Positions 32,601 to 47,600 of a stretch of 64,000 nt of DNA are shown here, piece by piece. Position 1 is the first letter of the stretch. The number at the start of each line of letters is the position of its first letter. Position numbers and translations under genes: made by a program. Origin of the DNA: Auanema rhodensis (Eukaryota; Animalia; Nematoda); contig OZ059894.1 in assembly GCA_964057225.1 (NCBI GenBank), positions 5,084,001 through 5,148,000 of the forward strand, in the 5' to 3' direction. A model generated the notes under the pieces. It did not search any database. It was given only the letters and a program-made list of their open reading frames with translations, and had not been told where the DNA came from.

Positions 32601-35600
32601 GAACTTTAATTTATGCTAATTAAGTGAACACATGATCTGCACTTGGTATGTAACTCGCTTCACGTGAAAGATGAAGAGATGCGGTTTCCAAAATTAGATT
32701 CCTCATGTCCATATTAGTCTAAAAACAAATTTTTGTTGATATTGGTGGATGGTAACCATGACTTTCAAATTTACGTGAACTTTAATTTATGCTAATTAAG
32801 TGTACACATGATGTGGACTTGGTATGTAACTCGCTTCACGTCAAAGATAAAGAGATGCGGTTTTCAAAATTAGATTCCCCATGTCCATATTAGTCTAAAA
32901 ACAAATTTTTATTAATATTGGTGCATGGTAACCATGACTTTAAAATTTACGTGAACTTCAATTTATGCTAATTAAGTGTACACGTGATGTGCACTTGGTA
33001 CGTAATTCGCTTCAAGTCAAAGATAAAGAGATGCGGTTTTCAAAATTAGATTTCCCATGTCCATATTAGTCTAAAAACAAATTTTTATTAATATTGGTGC
33101 ATGGTAACCATGACTTTAAAATTTACGTGAACTTTAATTTATGCTAATTAAGTGTACACGTGATGTGCACTTGGTATGTAACTCGCTTCAAGTGAAAGAT
33201 GAAGAGATGCGGTTTCCAAAATTAGATTCCTCATGTCCATATTAGTCTAAAAACAAATTTTTATTGATATTGGTGCATGGTAACCATGACTTTAAAATTT
33301 ACGTGAACTTTAATTTATGCTAATTAAGTGAACACATGATGTGCACTTGGTATGTAACTCGCTTCACGTCAAAGATAAAGAGATGCGGTTTTCAAAATTA
33401 GATTCCCCATGTCCATATTAGTCTAAAAACAAACTTTTATTGATATTGGTGCATGGTAACCATGACTTTGAAATTTACGTGAACTTTAATTTATGCTAAT
33501 TAAGTGTACACATGATGTGCACTTGGTATGTAACTCGCTTCACGTCAAAGATAAAGAGATGCGGTTTTCAAAATTAGATTCCCCATGTCCATATTAGTCT
33601 AAAAACAAATTTTTATTAATATTGGTGCATGGTAACCATGACTTTAAAATTTACGTGAACTTTAATTTATGCTAATTAAGTGTACACATGATGTGCACTT
33701 GGTATGTAACTCGCTTCACGTCAAAGATAAAGAGATGCGGTTTTCAAAATTAGATTCCCCATGTCCATATTAGTCTAAAAACAAATTTTTATTAATATTG
33801 GTGCATGGTAACCATGACTTTAAAATTTACGTGAACTTTAATTTATGCTAATTAAGTGTACACATGATGTGCACTTGGTATGTAACTCGCTTCACGTCAA
33901 AGATAAAGAGATGCGGTTTTCAAAATTAGATTCCCCATGTCCATATTAGTCTAAAAACAAACTTTTATTGATATTGGTGCATGGTAACCATGACTTTGAA
34001 ATTTACGTGAACTTTAATTTATGCTAATTAAGTGTACACATGATGTGCACTTGGTATGTAACTCGCTTCACGTCAAAGATAAAGAGATGCGGTTTTCAAA
34101 ATTAGATTCCCCATGTCCATATTAGTCTAAAAACAAATTTTTATTAATATTGGTGCATGGTAACCATGACTTTAAAATTTACGTGAACTTTAATTTATGC
34201 TAATTAAGTGTACACATGATGTGCACTTGGTATGTAACTCGCTTCACGTCAAAGATAAAGAGATGCGGTTTTCAAAATTAGATTCCCCATGTCCATATTA
34301 GTCTAAAAACAAATTTTTATTAATATTGGTGCATGGTAACCATGACTTTAAAATTTACGTGAACTTTAATTTATGCTAATTAAGTGTACACATGATGTGC
34401 ACTTGGTATGTAACTCGCTTCACGTCAAAGATAAAGAGATGCGGTTTTCAAAATTAGATTCCCCATGTCCATATTAGTCTAAAAACAAACTTTTATTGAT
34501 ATTGGTGCATGGTAACCATGACTTTGAAATTTACGTGAACTTTAATTTATGCTAATTAAGTGTACACATGATGTGCACTTGGTATGTAACTCGCTTCACG
34601 TCAAAGATAAAGAGATGCGGTTTTCAAAATTAGATTCCCCATGTCCATATTAGTCTAAAAACAAATTTTTATTAATATTGGTGCATGGTAACCATGACTT
34701 TAAAATTTACGTGAACTTTAATTTATGCTAATTAAGTGTACACATGATGTGCACTTGGTATGTAACTCGCTTCACGTCAAAGATAAAGAGATGCGGTTTT
34801 CAAAATTAGATTCCCCATGTCCATATTAGTCTAAAAACAAATTTTTATTAATATTGGTGCATGGTAACCATGACTTTAAAATTTACGTGAACTTTAATTT
34901 ATGCTAATTAAGTGTACACATGATGTGCACTTGGTATGTAACTCGCTTCACGTCAAAGATAAAGAGATGCGGTTTTCAAAATTAGATTCCCCATGTCCAT
35001 ATTAGTCTAAAAACAAACTTTTATTGATATTGGTGCATGGTAACCATGACTTTGAAATTTACGTGAACTTTAATTTATGCTAATTAAGTGTACACATGAT
35101 GTGCACTTGGTATGTAACTCGCTTCACGTCAAAGATAAAGAGATGCGGTTTTCAAAATTAGATTCCCCATGTCCATATTAGTCTAAAAACAAACTTTTAT
35201 TGATATTGGTGCATGGTAACCATGACTTTGAAATTTACGTGAACTTTAATTTATGCTAATTAAGTGTACACATGATGTGCACTTGGTATGTAACTCGCTT
35301 CACGTCAAAGATAAAGAGATGCGGTTTTCAAAATTAGATTCCCCATGTCCATATTAGTCTAAAAACAAATTTTTATTAATATTGGTGCATGGTAACCATG
35401 ACTTTAAAATTTACGTGAACTTTAATTTATGCTAATTAAGTGTACACATGATGTGCACTTGGTATGTAACTCGCTTCACGTCAAAGATAAAGAGATGCGG
35501 TTTTCAAAATTAGATTCCCCATGTCCATATTAGTCTAAAAACAAATTTTTGTTGATATTGGTGGATGGTAACCATGACTTTCAAATTTACGTGAACTTTA

Positions 35601-38600
35601 ATTTATGCTAATTAAGTGTACACATGATGTGCACTTGGTATGTAACTCGCTTCACGTGAAAGATGAAGAGATGCGGTTTCCAAAATTAGATTCCCCATGT
35701 CCATATTAGTCTAAAAACAAACTTTTATTGATATTGGTGCATGGTAACCATGACTTTGAAATTTACGTGAACTTTAATTTATGCTAATTAAGTTTACACG
35801 TGATGTGCACTTGGTATGTAACTCGCTTCACGTGAAAGATGAAGAGATGCGGTTTCCAAAATTAGATTCCTCATGTCCATATCAGTCTAAAAACAAATTT
35901 TTATTGATATTGGTGCATGGTAACCATGACTTTAAAATTTACGTGAACTTTAATTTATGCTAATTAAGTGTACACGTGATGTGCACTTGGTATGTAACTC
36001 GCTTCACGTCAAAGATAAAGAGATGCGGTTTTCAAAATTAGATTCTTCATGTCCATATTAGTCTAAAAACAAATTTTTGTTGATATTGGTGGATGGTAAC
36101 CATGACTTTCAAATTTACGTGTACTTCAATTTATGCTAATTAAGTGTACACATGATGTGCACTTGCTATGTAACTCGCTTCAAGTGAAAGATAAAGAGAT
36201 GCGGTTTTCAAAATTAGATTCTTCATGTCCATATTAGTCTAAAAACGAATTTTTATTGATATTGATGCATGGTAACCATGACTTTGAAATTTACGTGAAC
36301 TTTAATTTATGCTTATTAAGTGTACACGTGATGTGCACTTGGTATGTAACTCGCTTCACGTCAAAGATAAAGAGATGCGGTTTTCAAAATTAGATTCCCC
36401 ATGTCCATATTAGTCTAAAAACGAATTTTTATTGATATTGATGCATGGTAACCATGACTTTGAAATTTACGTGAACTTTAATTTATGCTTATTAAGTGTA
36501 CACATGATGTGCACTTGGTATGTAACTCGCTTCACGTCAAAGATAAAGAGATGCGGTTTTCAAAATTAGATTCCCCATGTCCATATTAGTCTAAAAACAA
36601 ATTTTTATTAATATTGGTGCATGGTAACCATGACTTTAAAATTTACGTGAACTTTAATTTATGCTAATTAAGTGTACACATGATGTGCACTTGGTATGTA
36701 ACTCGCTTCACGTCAAAGATAAAGAGATGCGGTTTTCAAAATTAGATTCCCCATGTCCATATTAGTCTAAAAACAAACTTTTATTGATATTGATGCATGG
36801 TAACCATGACTTTGAAATTTACGTGAACTTTAATTTATGCTAATTAAGTGTACACATGATGTGCACTTGGTATGTAACTCGCTTCACGTCAAAGATAAAG
36901 AGATGCGGTTTTCAAAATTAGATTCCCCATGTCCATATTAGTCTAAAAACGAATTTTTATTGATATTGATGCATGGTAACCATGACTTTGAAATTTACGT
37001 GAACTTTAATTTATGCTTATTAAGTGTACACGTGATGTGCACTTGGTATGTAACTCGCTTCACGTGAAAGATAAAGGGATGCGGTTTTCAAAATTAGATT
37101 CCTCATGTCCATATTAGTCTAAAAACAAATTTTTGTTGATATTGGTGGATGGTAACCATGACTTTCAAATTTACGTGTACTTCAATTTATGCTAATTAAG
37201 TGTACACATGATGTGCACTTGCTATGTAACTCGCTTCAAGTGAAAGATAAAGAGATGCGGTTTTCAAAATTAGATTCCCCATGTCCATATTAGTCTAAAA
37301 ACAAATTTTTATTAATATTGGTGCATGGTAACCATGACTTTAAAATTTACGTGAACTTTAATTTATGCTAATTAAGTGTACACATGATGTGCACTTGGTA
37401 TGTAACTCGCTTCACGTGAAAGATGAAGAGATGCGGTTTCCAAAATTAGATTCCTCATGTCCATATCAGTCTAAAAACAAATTTTTATTGATATTGGTGC
37501 ATGGTAACCATGACTTTAAAATTTACGTGAACTTTAATTTATGCTAATCAAGTGTACACATGATGTGCACTTGGTATGTAACTCGCTTCACGTCAAAGAT
37601 AAAGAGATGCGGTTTTCAAAATTAGATTCTTCATGTCCATATTAGTCTAAAAACGAATTTTTATTGATATTGATGCATGGTAACCATGACTTTGAAATTT
37701 ACGTGAACTTTAATTTATGCTTATTAAGTGTACACGTGATGTGCACTTGGTATGTAACTCGCTTCACGTGAAAGATAAAGGGATGCGGTTTTCAAAATTA
37801 GATTCCTCATGTCCATATTAGTCTAAAAACAAATTTTTGTTGATATTGGTGGATGGTAACCATGACTTTCAAATTTACGTGTACTTCAATTTATGCTAAT
37901 TAAGTGTACACGTGATGTGCACTTGGTATGTAACTCGCTTCACGTCTAAGATAAAGAGATGCGGTTTTCAAAATTAGATTCCCGATGTCCATATTAGTCT
38001 AAAAACAAATTTTTGTTGATATTGGTGGATGGTAACCATGACTTTCAAATTTACGTGAACTTCAATTTATGCTAATTAAGTGTACACGTGATGTGCACTT
38101 GGTATGTAACTCGCTTCAAGTCAAAGATAAAGAGATGCGGTTTTCAAAATTAGATTCCCCATGTCCATATTAGTCTAAAAACAAATTTTTATTAATATTG
38201 GTGCATGGTAACCATGACTTTGAAATTTACGTGAACTTTAATTTATGCTAATTAAGTGTACACATAATGTGCACTTGGTATGTAACTCGCTTCAAGTGAA
38301 AGATAAAGAGATGCGGTTTTCAAAATTAGATTTCGCATGTCCATATTAGTCTAAAAACAAATTTTTATTGATATTGGTGCATGGTAACCATGACTTTAAA
38401 ATTTACGTGAACTTTAATTTATGCTAATTAAGTGAACACATGATGTGCACTTGGTATGTAACTCGCTTCACGTGAAAGATAAAGAGATGCGGTTTTCAAA
38501 ATTAGATTCCTCATGTCCATATTAGTCTAAAAACAAATTTTTGTTGATATTGGTGGATGGTAACCATGACTTTCAAATTTACGTGAACTTCAATTTATGC

Positions 38601-41600
38601 TAATTAAGTGTACACGTGATGTGCACTTGGTACGTAATTCGCTTCAAGTCAAAGATAAAGAGATGCTGTTTTCAAAATTAGATTTCCCATGTCCATATTA
38701 GTCTAAAAACAAATTTTTATTAATATTGGTGCATGGTAACCATGACTTTAAAATTTACGTGAACTTTAATTTATGCTAATTAAGTGTACACGTGATGTGC
38801 ACTTGGTATGTAACTCGCTTCAAGTGAAAGATAAAGAGATGCGGTTTTCAAAATTAGATTTCGCATGTCCATATTAGTCTAAAAACAAATTTTTATTGAT
38901 ATTGGTGCATGGTAACCATGACTTTAAAATTTACGTGAACTTTAATTTATGCTGATTAAGTGAACACATGATTTGCACTTGGTATGTAACTCGCTTCACG
39001 TGAAAGATAAAGAGATGCGGTTTTCAAAATTAGATTCCTCATGTCCATATTAGTCTAAAAACAAATTTTTGTTGATATTGGTGGATGGTAACCATGACTT
39101 TCAAATTTACGTGTACTTCAATTTATGCTAATTAAGTGTACACGTGATGTGCACTTGGTATGTAACTCGCTTCAAGTCAAAGATAAAGAGATGCGGTTTT
39201 CAAAATTAGATTTCGCATGTCCATATTAGTCTAAAAACAAATTTTTATTGATATTGATGCATGGTAACCATGACTTTCAAATTTACGTGTACTTCAATTT
39301 ATGCTAATTAAGTGTACACGTGATGTGCACTTGGTATGTAACTCGCTTCACGTCAAAGATAAAGAGATGCGGTTTTCAAAATTAGATTCCCGATGTCCAT
39401 ATTAGTCTAAAAACAAATTTTTGTTGATATTGGTGGATGGTAACCATGACTTTCAAATTTACGTGAACTTCAATTTATGCTAATTAAGTGTACACGTGAT
39501 GTGCACTTGGTACGTAATTCGCTTCAAGTCAAAGATAAAGAGATGCGGTTTTCAAAATTAGATTTCCCATGTCCATATTAGTCTAAAAACAAATTTTTAT
39601 TAATATTGGTGCATGGTAACCATGACTTTAAAATTTACGTGAACTTTAATTTATGCTAATTAAGTGTACACGTGATGTGCACTTGGTATGTAACTCGCTT
39701 CAAGTGAAAGATAAAGAGATGCGGTTTTCAAAATTAGATTTCGCATGTCCATATTAGTCTAAAAACAAATTTTTATTGATATTGGTGCATGGTAACCATG
39801 ACTTTAAAATTTACGTGAACTTTAATTTATGCTAATTAAGTGAACACATGATGTGCACTTGGTATGTAACTCGCTTCACGTGAAAGATGAAGAGATGCGG
39901 TTTCCAAAATTAGATTCCTCATGTCCATATTAGTCTAAAAACAAATTTTTGTTGATATTGGTGGATGGTAACCATGACTTTCAAATTTACGTGAACTTTA
40001 ATTTATGCTAATTAAGTGTACACATGATGTGCACTTGGTATGTAACTCGCTTCACGTCAAAGATAAAGAGATGCGGTTTTCAAAATTAGATTCCCCATGT
40101 CCATATTAGTCTAAAAACAAATTTTTATTAATATTGGTGCATGGTAACCATGACTTTAAAATTTACGTGAACTTTAATTTATGCTAATTAAGTGTACACA
40201 TGATGTGCACTTGGTATGTAACTCGCTTCACGTCAAAGATAAAGAGATGCGGTTTTCAAAATTAGATTCCCCATGTCCATATTAGTCTAAAAACAAATTT
40301 TTGTTGATATTGGTGGATGGTAACCATGACTTTCAAATTTACGTGAACTTTAATTTATGCTAATTAAGTGTACACATGATGTGCACTTGGTATGTAACTC
40401 GCTTCACGTGAAAGATGAAGAGATGCGGTTTCCAAAATTAGATTCCTCATGTCCATATCAGTCTAAAAACAAATTTTTATTGATATTGGTGCATGGTAAC
40501 CATGACTTTAAAATTTACGTGAACTTTAATTTATGCTAATTAAGGGTACACATGATGTGCACTTGGTATGTAACTCGCTTCACGTGAAAGATGAAGAGAT
40601 GCGGTTTCCAAAATTAGATTCCCCATGTCCATATTAGTCTAAAAACAAATTTTTGTTGATATTGGTGGATGGTAACCATGACTTTCAAATTTACGTGAAC
40701 TTCAATTTATGCTAATTAAGTGTACACGTGATGTGCACTTGGTACGTAATTCGCTTCAAGTCAAAGATAAAGAGATGCGGTTTTCAAAATTAGATTTCCC
40801 ATGTCCATATTAGTCTAAAAACAAATTTTTATTAATATTGGTGCATGGTAACCATGACTTTAAAATTTACGTGAACTTTAATTTATGCTAATTAAGTGTA
40901 CACGTGATGTGCACTTGGTATGTAACTCGCTTCAAGTGAAAGATAAAGAGATGCGGTTTTCAAAATTAGATTTCGCATGTCCATATTAGTCTAAAAACAA
41001 ATTTTTATTGATATTGGTGCATGGTAACCATGACTTTAAAATTTACGTGAACTTTAATTTATGCTAATTAAGTGAACACATGATGTGCACTTGGTATGTA
41101 ACTCGCTTCACGTGAAAGATGAAGAGATGCGGTTTCCAAAATTAGATTCCTCATGTCCATATTAGTCTAAAAACAAATTTTTGTTGATATTGGTGGATGG
41201 TAACCATGACTTTCAAATTTACGTGAACTTTAATTTATGCTAATTAAGTGTACACATGATGTGCACTTGGTATGTAACTCGCTTCACGTCAAAGATAAAG
41301 AGATGCGGTTTTCAAAATTAGATTCCCCATGTCCATATTAGTCTAAAAACAAATTTTTATTAATATTGGTGCATGGTAACCATGACTTTAAAATTTACGT
41401 GAACTTTAATTTATGCTAATTAAGTGTACACATGATGTGCACTTGGTATGTAACTCGCTTCACGTCAAAGATAAAGAGATGCGGTTTTCAAAATTAGATT
41501 CCCCATGTCCATATTAGTCTAAAAACAAATTTTTGTTGATATTGGTGGATGGTAACCATGACTTTCAAATTTACGTGAACTTTAATTTATGCTAATTAAG

Positions 41601-44600
41601 TGTACACATGATGTGCACTTGGTATGTAACTCGCTTCACGTGAAAGATGAAGAGATGCGGTTTCCAAAATTAGATTCCTCATGTCCATATCAGTCTAAAA
41701 ACAAATTTTTATTGATATTGGTGCATGGTAACCATGACTTTAAAATTTACGTGAACTTTAATTTATGCTAATTAAGGGTACACATGATGTGCACTTGGTA
41801 TGTAACTCGCTTCACGTGAAAGATGAAGAGATGCGGTTTCCAAAATTAGATTCCCCATGTCCATATTAGTCTAAAAACAAATTTTTGTTGATATTGGTGG
41901 ATGGTAACCATGACTTTCAAATTTACGTGAACTTTAATTTATGCTAATTAAGTGTACACGTGATGTGCACTTGGTACGTAATTCGCTTCAAGTCAAAGAT
42001 AAAGAGATGCGGTTTTCAAAATTAGATTTCCCATGTCCATATTAGTCTAAAAACAAATTTTTATTAATATTGGTGCATGGTAACCATGACTTTAAAATTT
42101 ACGTGAACTTTAATTTATGCTAATTAAGTGTACACATGATGTGCACTTGGTATGTAACTCGCTTCACGTCAAAGATAAAGAGATGCGGTTTTCAAAATTA
42201 GATTCCCCATGTCCATATTAGTCTAAAAACAAACTTTTATTGATATTGGTGCATGGTAACCATGACTTTGAAATTTACGTGAACTTTAATTTATGCTAAT
42301 TAAGTGTACACGTGATGTGCACTTGGTACGTAACTCGCTTCAAGTCAAAGATAAAGAGATGCGGTTTTCAAAATTAGATTTCCCATGTCCATATTAGTCT
42401 AAAAACAAATTTTTATTAATATTGGTGCATGGTAACCATGACTTTAAAATTTACGTGAACTTTAATTTATGCTAGTTAAGTGTACACGTGATGTGCACTT
42501 GGTATGTAACTCGCTTCACGTCAAAGATAAAGAGATGCGGTTTTCAAAATTAGATTCCCCATGTCCATATTAGTCTAAAAACAAATTTTTATTAATATTG
42601 GTGCATGGTAACCATGACTTTAAAATTTACGTGAACTTTAATTTATGCTAATTAAGTGTACACATGATGTGCACTTGCTATGTAACTCGCTTCAAGTGAA
42701 AGATAAAGAGATGCGGTTTTCAAAATTAGATTTCGCTTGTCCATATTAGTCTAAAAACAAATTTTTATTGATATTGGTGCATGGTAACCATGACTTTAAA
42801 ATTTACGTGAACTTTAATTTATGCTAATTAAGTGAACACATGATGTGCACTTGGTATGTAACTGGCTTCACGTCAAAGATAAAGAGATGCGGTTTTCAAA
42901 ATTAGATTCCCCATGTCCATATTAGTCTAAAAACAAATTTTTATTAATATTGGTGCATGGTAACCATGACTTTAAAATTTACGTGAACTTTAATTTATGC
43001 TAATTAAGTGTACACATGATGTGCACTTGGTATGTAACTCGCTTCACGTGAAAGATGAAGAGATGCGGTTTCCAAAATTAGATTCCTCATGTCCATATCA
43101 GTCTAAAAACAAATTTTTATTGATATTGGTGCATGGTAACCATGACTTTAAAATTTACGTGAACTTTAATTTATGCTAATCAAGTGTACACATGATGTGC
43201 ACTTGGTATGTAACTCGCTTCACGTCAAAGATAAAGAGATGCGGTTTTCAAAATTAGATTCTTCATGTCCATATTAGTCTAAAAACGAATTTTTATTGAT
43301 ATTGATGCATGGTAACCATGACTTTGAAATTTACGTGAACTTTAATTTATGCTTATTAAGTGTACACGTGATGTGCACTTGGTATGTAACTCGCTTCACG
43401 TGAAAGATAAAGGGATGCGGTTTTCAAAATTAGATTCCTCATGTCCATATTAGTCTAAAAACAAATTTTTGTTGATATTGGTGGATGGTAACCATGACTT
43501 TCAAATTTACGTGTACTTCAATTTATGCTAATTAAGTGTACACGTCATGTGCACTTGGTATGTAACTCGCTTCACGTCTAAGATAAAGAGATGCGGTTTT
43601 CAAAATTAGATTCCCGATGTCCATATTAGTCTAAAAACAAATTTTTGTTGATATTGGTGGATGGTAACCATGACTTTCAAATTTACGTGAACTTCAATTT
43701 ATGCTAATTAAGTGTACACGTGATGTGCACTTGGTATGTAACTCGCTTCAAGTCAAAGATAAAGAGATGCGGTTTTCAAAATTAGATTCCCCATGTCCAT
43801 ATTAGTCTAAAAACAAATTTTTATTATTATTGGTGCATGGTAACCATGACTTTGAAATTTACGTGAACTTTAATTTATGCTAATTAAGTGTACACATAAT
43901 GTGCACTTGGTATGTAACTCGCTTCAAGTGAAAGATAAAGAGATGCGGTTTTCAAAATTAGATTTCGCATGTCCATATTAGTCTAAAAACAAATTTTTAT
44001 TGATATTGGTGCATGGTAACCATGACTTTAAAATTTACGTGAACTTTAATTTATGCTAATTAAGTGAACACATGATGTGCACTTGGTATGTAACTCGCTT
44101 CACGTGAAAGATAAAGAGATGCGGTTTTCAAAATTAGATTCCTCATGTCCATATTAGTCTAAAAACAAATTTTTGTTGATATTGGTGGATGGTAACCATG
44201 ACTTTCAAATTTACGTGAACTTCAATTTATGCTAATTAAGTGTACACGTGATGTGCACTTGGTACGTAATTCGCTTCAAGTCAAAGATAAAGAGATGCGG
44301 TTTTCAAAATTAGATTTCCCATGTCCATATTAGTCTAAAAACAAATTTTTATTAATATTGGTGCATGGTAACCATGACTTTAAAATTTACGTGAACTTTA
44401 ATTTATGCTAATTAAGTGTACACATGATGTGCACTTGGTATGTAACTCGCTTCAAGTGAAAGATAAAGAGATGCGGTTTTCAAAATTAGATTTCGCATGT
44501 CCATATTAGTCTAAAAACAAATTTTTATTGATATTGGTGCATGGTAACCATGACTTTAAAATTTACGTGAACTTTAATTTATGCTGATTAAGTGAACACA

Positions 44601-47600
44601 TGATTTGCACTTGGTATGTAACTCGCTTCACGTGAAAGATAAAGAGATGCGGTTTTCAAAATTAGATTCCTCATGTCCATATTAGTCTAAAAACAAATTT
44701 TTGTTGATATTGGTGGATGGTAACCATGACTTTCAAATTTACGTGTACTTCAATTTATGCTAATTAAGTGTACACGTGATGTGCACTTGGTATGTAACTC
44801 GCTTCAAGTCAAAGATAAAGAGATGCGGTTTTCAAAATTAGATTTCGCATGTCCATATTAGTCTAAAAACAAATTTTTATTGATATTGATGCATGGTAAC
44901 CATGACTTTCAAATTTACGTGTACTTCAATTTATGCTAATTAAGTGTACACGTGATGTGCACTTGGTATGTAACTCGCTTCACGTCAAAGATAAAGAGAT
45001 GCGGTTTTCAAAATTAGATTCCTCATGTCCATATTAGTCTAAAAACAAATTTTTATTATTATTGGTGCATGGTAACCATGACTTTGAAATTTACGTGAAC
45101 TTTAATTTATGCTAATTAAGTGTACACATAATGTGCACTTGGTATGTAACTCGCTTCAAGTGAAAGATAAAGAGATGCGGTTTTCAAAATTAGATTTCGC
45201 ATGTCCATATTAGTCTAAAAACAAATTTTTATTGATATTGGTGCATGGTAACCATGACTTTAAAATTTACGTGAACTTTAATTTATGCTGATTAAGTGAA
45301 CACATGATGTGCACTTGGTATGTAACTCGCTTCACGTGAAAGATAAAGGGATGCGGTTTCCAAAATTAGATTCCTCATGTCCATATTAGTCTAAAAACAA
45401 ATTTTTGTTGATATTGGTGGATGGTAACCATGACTTTCAAATTTACGTGAACTTCAATTTATGCTAATTAAGTGTACACGTGATGTGCACTTGGTACGTA
45501 ATTCGCTTCAAGTCAAAGATAAAGAGATGCGGTTTTCAAAATTAGATTTCCCATGTCCATATTAGTCTAAAAACAAATTTTTATTAATATTGGTGCATGG
45601 TAACCATGACTTTAAAATTTACGTGAACTTTAATTTATGCTAATTAAGTGTACACGTGATGTGCACTTGGTATGTAACTCGCTTCAAGTGAAAGATAAAG
45701 AGATGCGGTTTTCAAAATTAGATTTCGCATGTCCATATTAGTCTAAAAACAAATTTTTATTGATATTGGTGCATGGTAACCATGACTTTAAAATTTACGT
45801 GAACTTTAATTTATGCTGATTAAGTGAACACATGATTTGCACTTGGTATGTAACTCGCTTCACGTGAAAGATAAAGAGATGCGGTTTTCAAAATTAGATT
45901 CCTCATGTCCATATTAGTCTAAAAACAAATTTTTGTTGATATTGGTGGATGGTAACCATGACTTTCAAATTTACGTGTACTTCAATTTATGCTAATTAAG
46001 TGTACACGTGATGTGCACTTGGTATGTAACTCGCTTCAAGTCAAAGATAAAGAGATGCGGTTTTCAAAATTAGATTTCGCATGTCCATATTAGTCTAAAA
46101 ACAAATTTTTATTGATATTGATGCATGGTAACCATGACTTTCAAATTTACGTGTACTTCAATTTATGCTAATTAAGTGTACACGTGATGTGCACTTGGTA
46201 TGTAACTCGCTTCACGTCAAAGATAAAGAGATGCGGTTTTCAAAATTAGATTCCCGATGTCCATATTAGTCTAAAAACAAATTTTTGTTGATATTGGTGG
46301 ATGGTAACCATGACTTTCAAATTTACGTGAACTTCAATTTATGCTAATTAAGTGTACACGTGATGTGCACTTGGTACGTAATTCGCTTCAAGTCAAAGAT
46401 AAAGAGATGCGGTTTTCAAAATTAGATTTCGCATGTCCATATTAGTCTAAAAACAAATTTTTATTGATATTGGTGCATGGTAACCATGACTTTAAAATTT
46501 ACGTGAACTTTAATTTATGCTGATTAAGTGAACACATGATGTGCACTTGGTATGTAACTCGCTTCACGTGAAAGATAAAGGGATGCGGTTTCCAAAATTA
46601 GATTCCTCATGTCCATATTAGTCTAAAAACAAATTTTTGTTGGTATTGGTGGATGGTAACCATGACTTTCAAATTTACGTGTACTTCAATTTATGCTAAT
46701 TAAGTGTACACGTGATGTGCACTTGGTATGTAACTCGCTTCACGTCAAAGATAAAGAGATGCGGTTTTCAAAATTAGATTCCCGATGTCCATATTAGTCT
46801 AAAAACAAATTTTTATTGATATTGGTGCATGGTAACCATGACTTTGAAATTTACGTGAACTTTAATTTATGCTAATTAAGTGTACACGTGATGTGCACTT
46901 GGTATGTAACTCGCTTCACGTGAAAGATGAAGAGATGCGGTTTTCAAAATTAGATTCCCCATGTCCATATTAGTCTAAAAACAAATTTTTGTTGATATTG
47001 GTGGATGGTAACCATGACTTTCAAATTTACGTGAACTTCAATTTATGCTAATTAAGTGTACACGTGATGTGCACTTGGTATGTAACTCGCTTCAAGTCAA
47101 AGATAAAGAGATGCGGTTTTCAAAATTAGATTCCCCATGTCCATATTAGTCTAAAAACAAATTTTTATTAATATTGGTGCATGGTAACCATGACTTTGAA
47201 ATTTACGTGAACTTTAATTTATGCTAATTAAGTGTACACATAATGTGCACTTGGTATGTAACTCGCTTCAAGTGAAAGATAAAGAGATGCGGTTTTCAAA
47301 ATTAGATTCCTCATGTCCATATTAGTCTAAAAACAAATTTTTGTTGATATTGGTGGATGGTAACCATGACTTTCAAATTTACGTGAACTTCAATTTATGC
47401 TAATTAAGTGTACACGTGATGTGCACTTGGTACGTAATTCGCTTCAAGTCAAAGATAAAGAGATGCGGTTTCCAAAATTAGATTCCTCATGTCCATATCA
47501 GTCTAAAAACAAATTTTTATTGATATTGGTGCATGGTAACCATGACTTTAAAATTTACGTGAACTTTAATTTATGCTAATTAAGTGAACACATGATGTGC

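Noticed and set aside
27862-47579. Recurrent 60-aa ORFs (MLIKCTHDVHLVCNSL...) at 27862, 35781, 37365, 40357, 41589, 42997 and 47397
   Set aside because: They appear wherever a single TAG-to-CAG substitution removes a stop in the 176-bp monomer. 176 is not a multiple of 3 and there is no sign of coding function.
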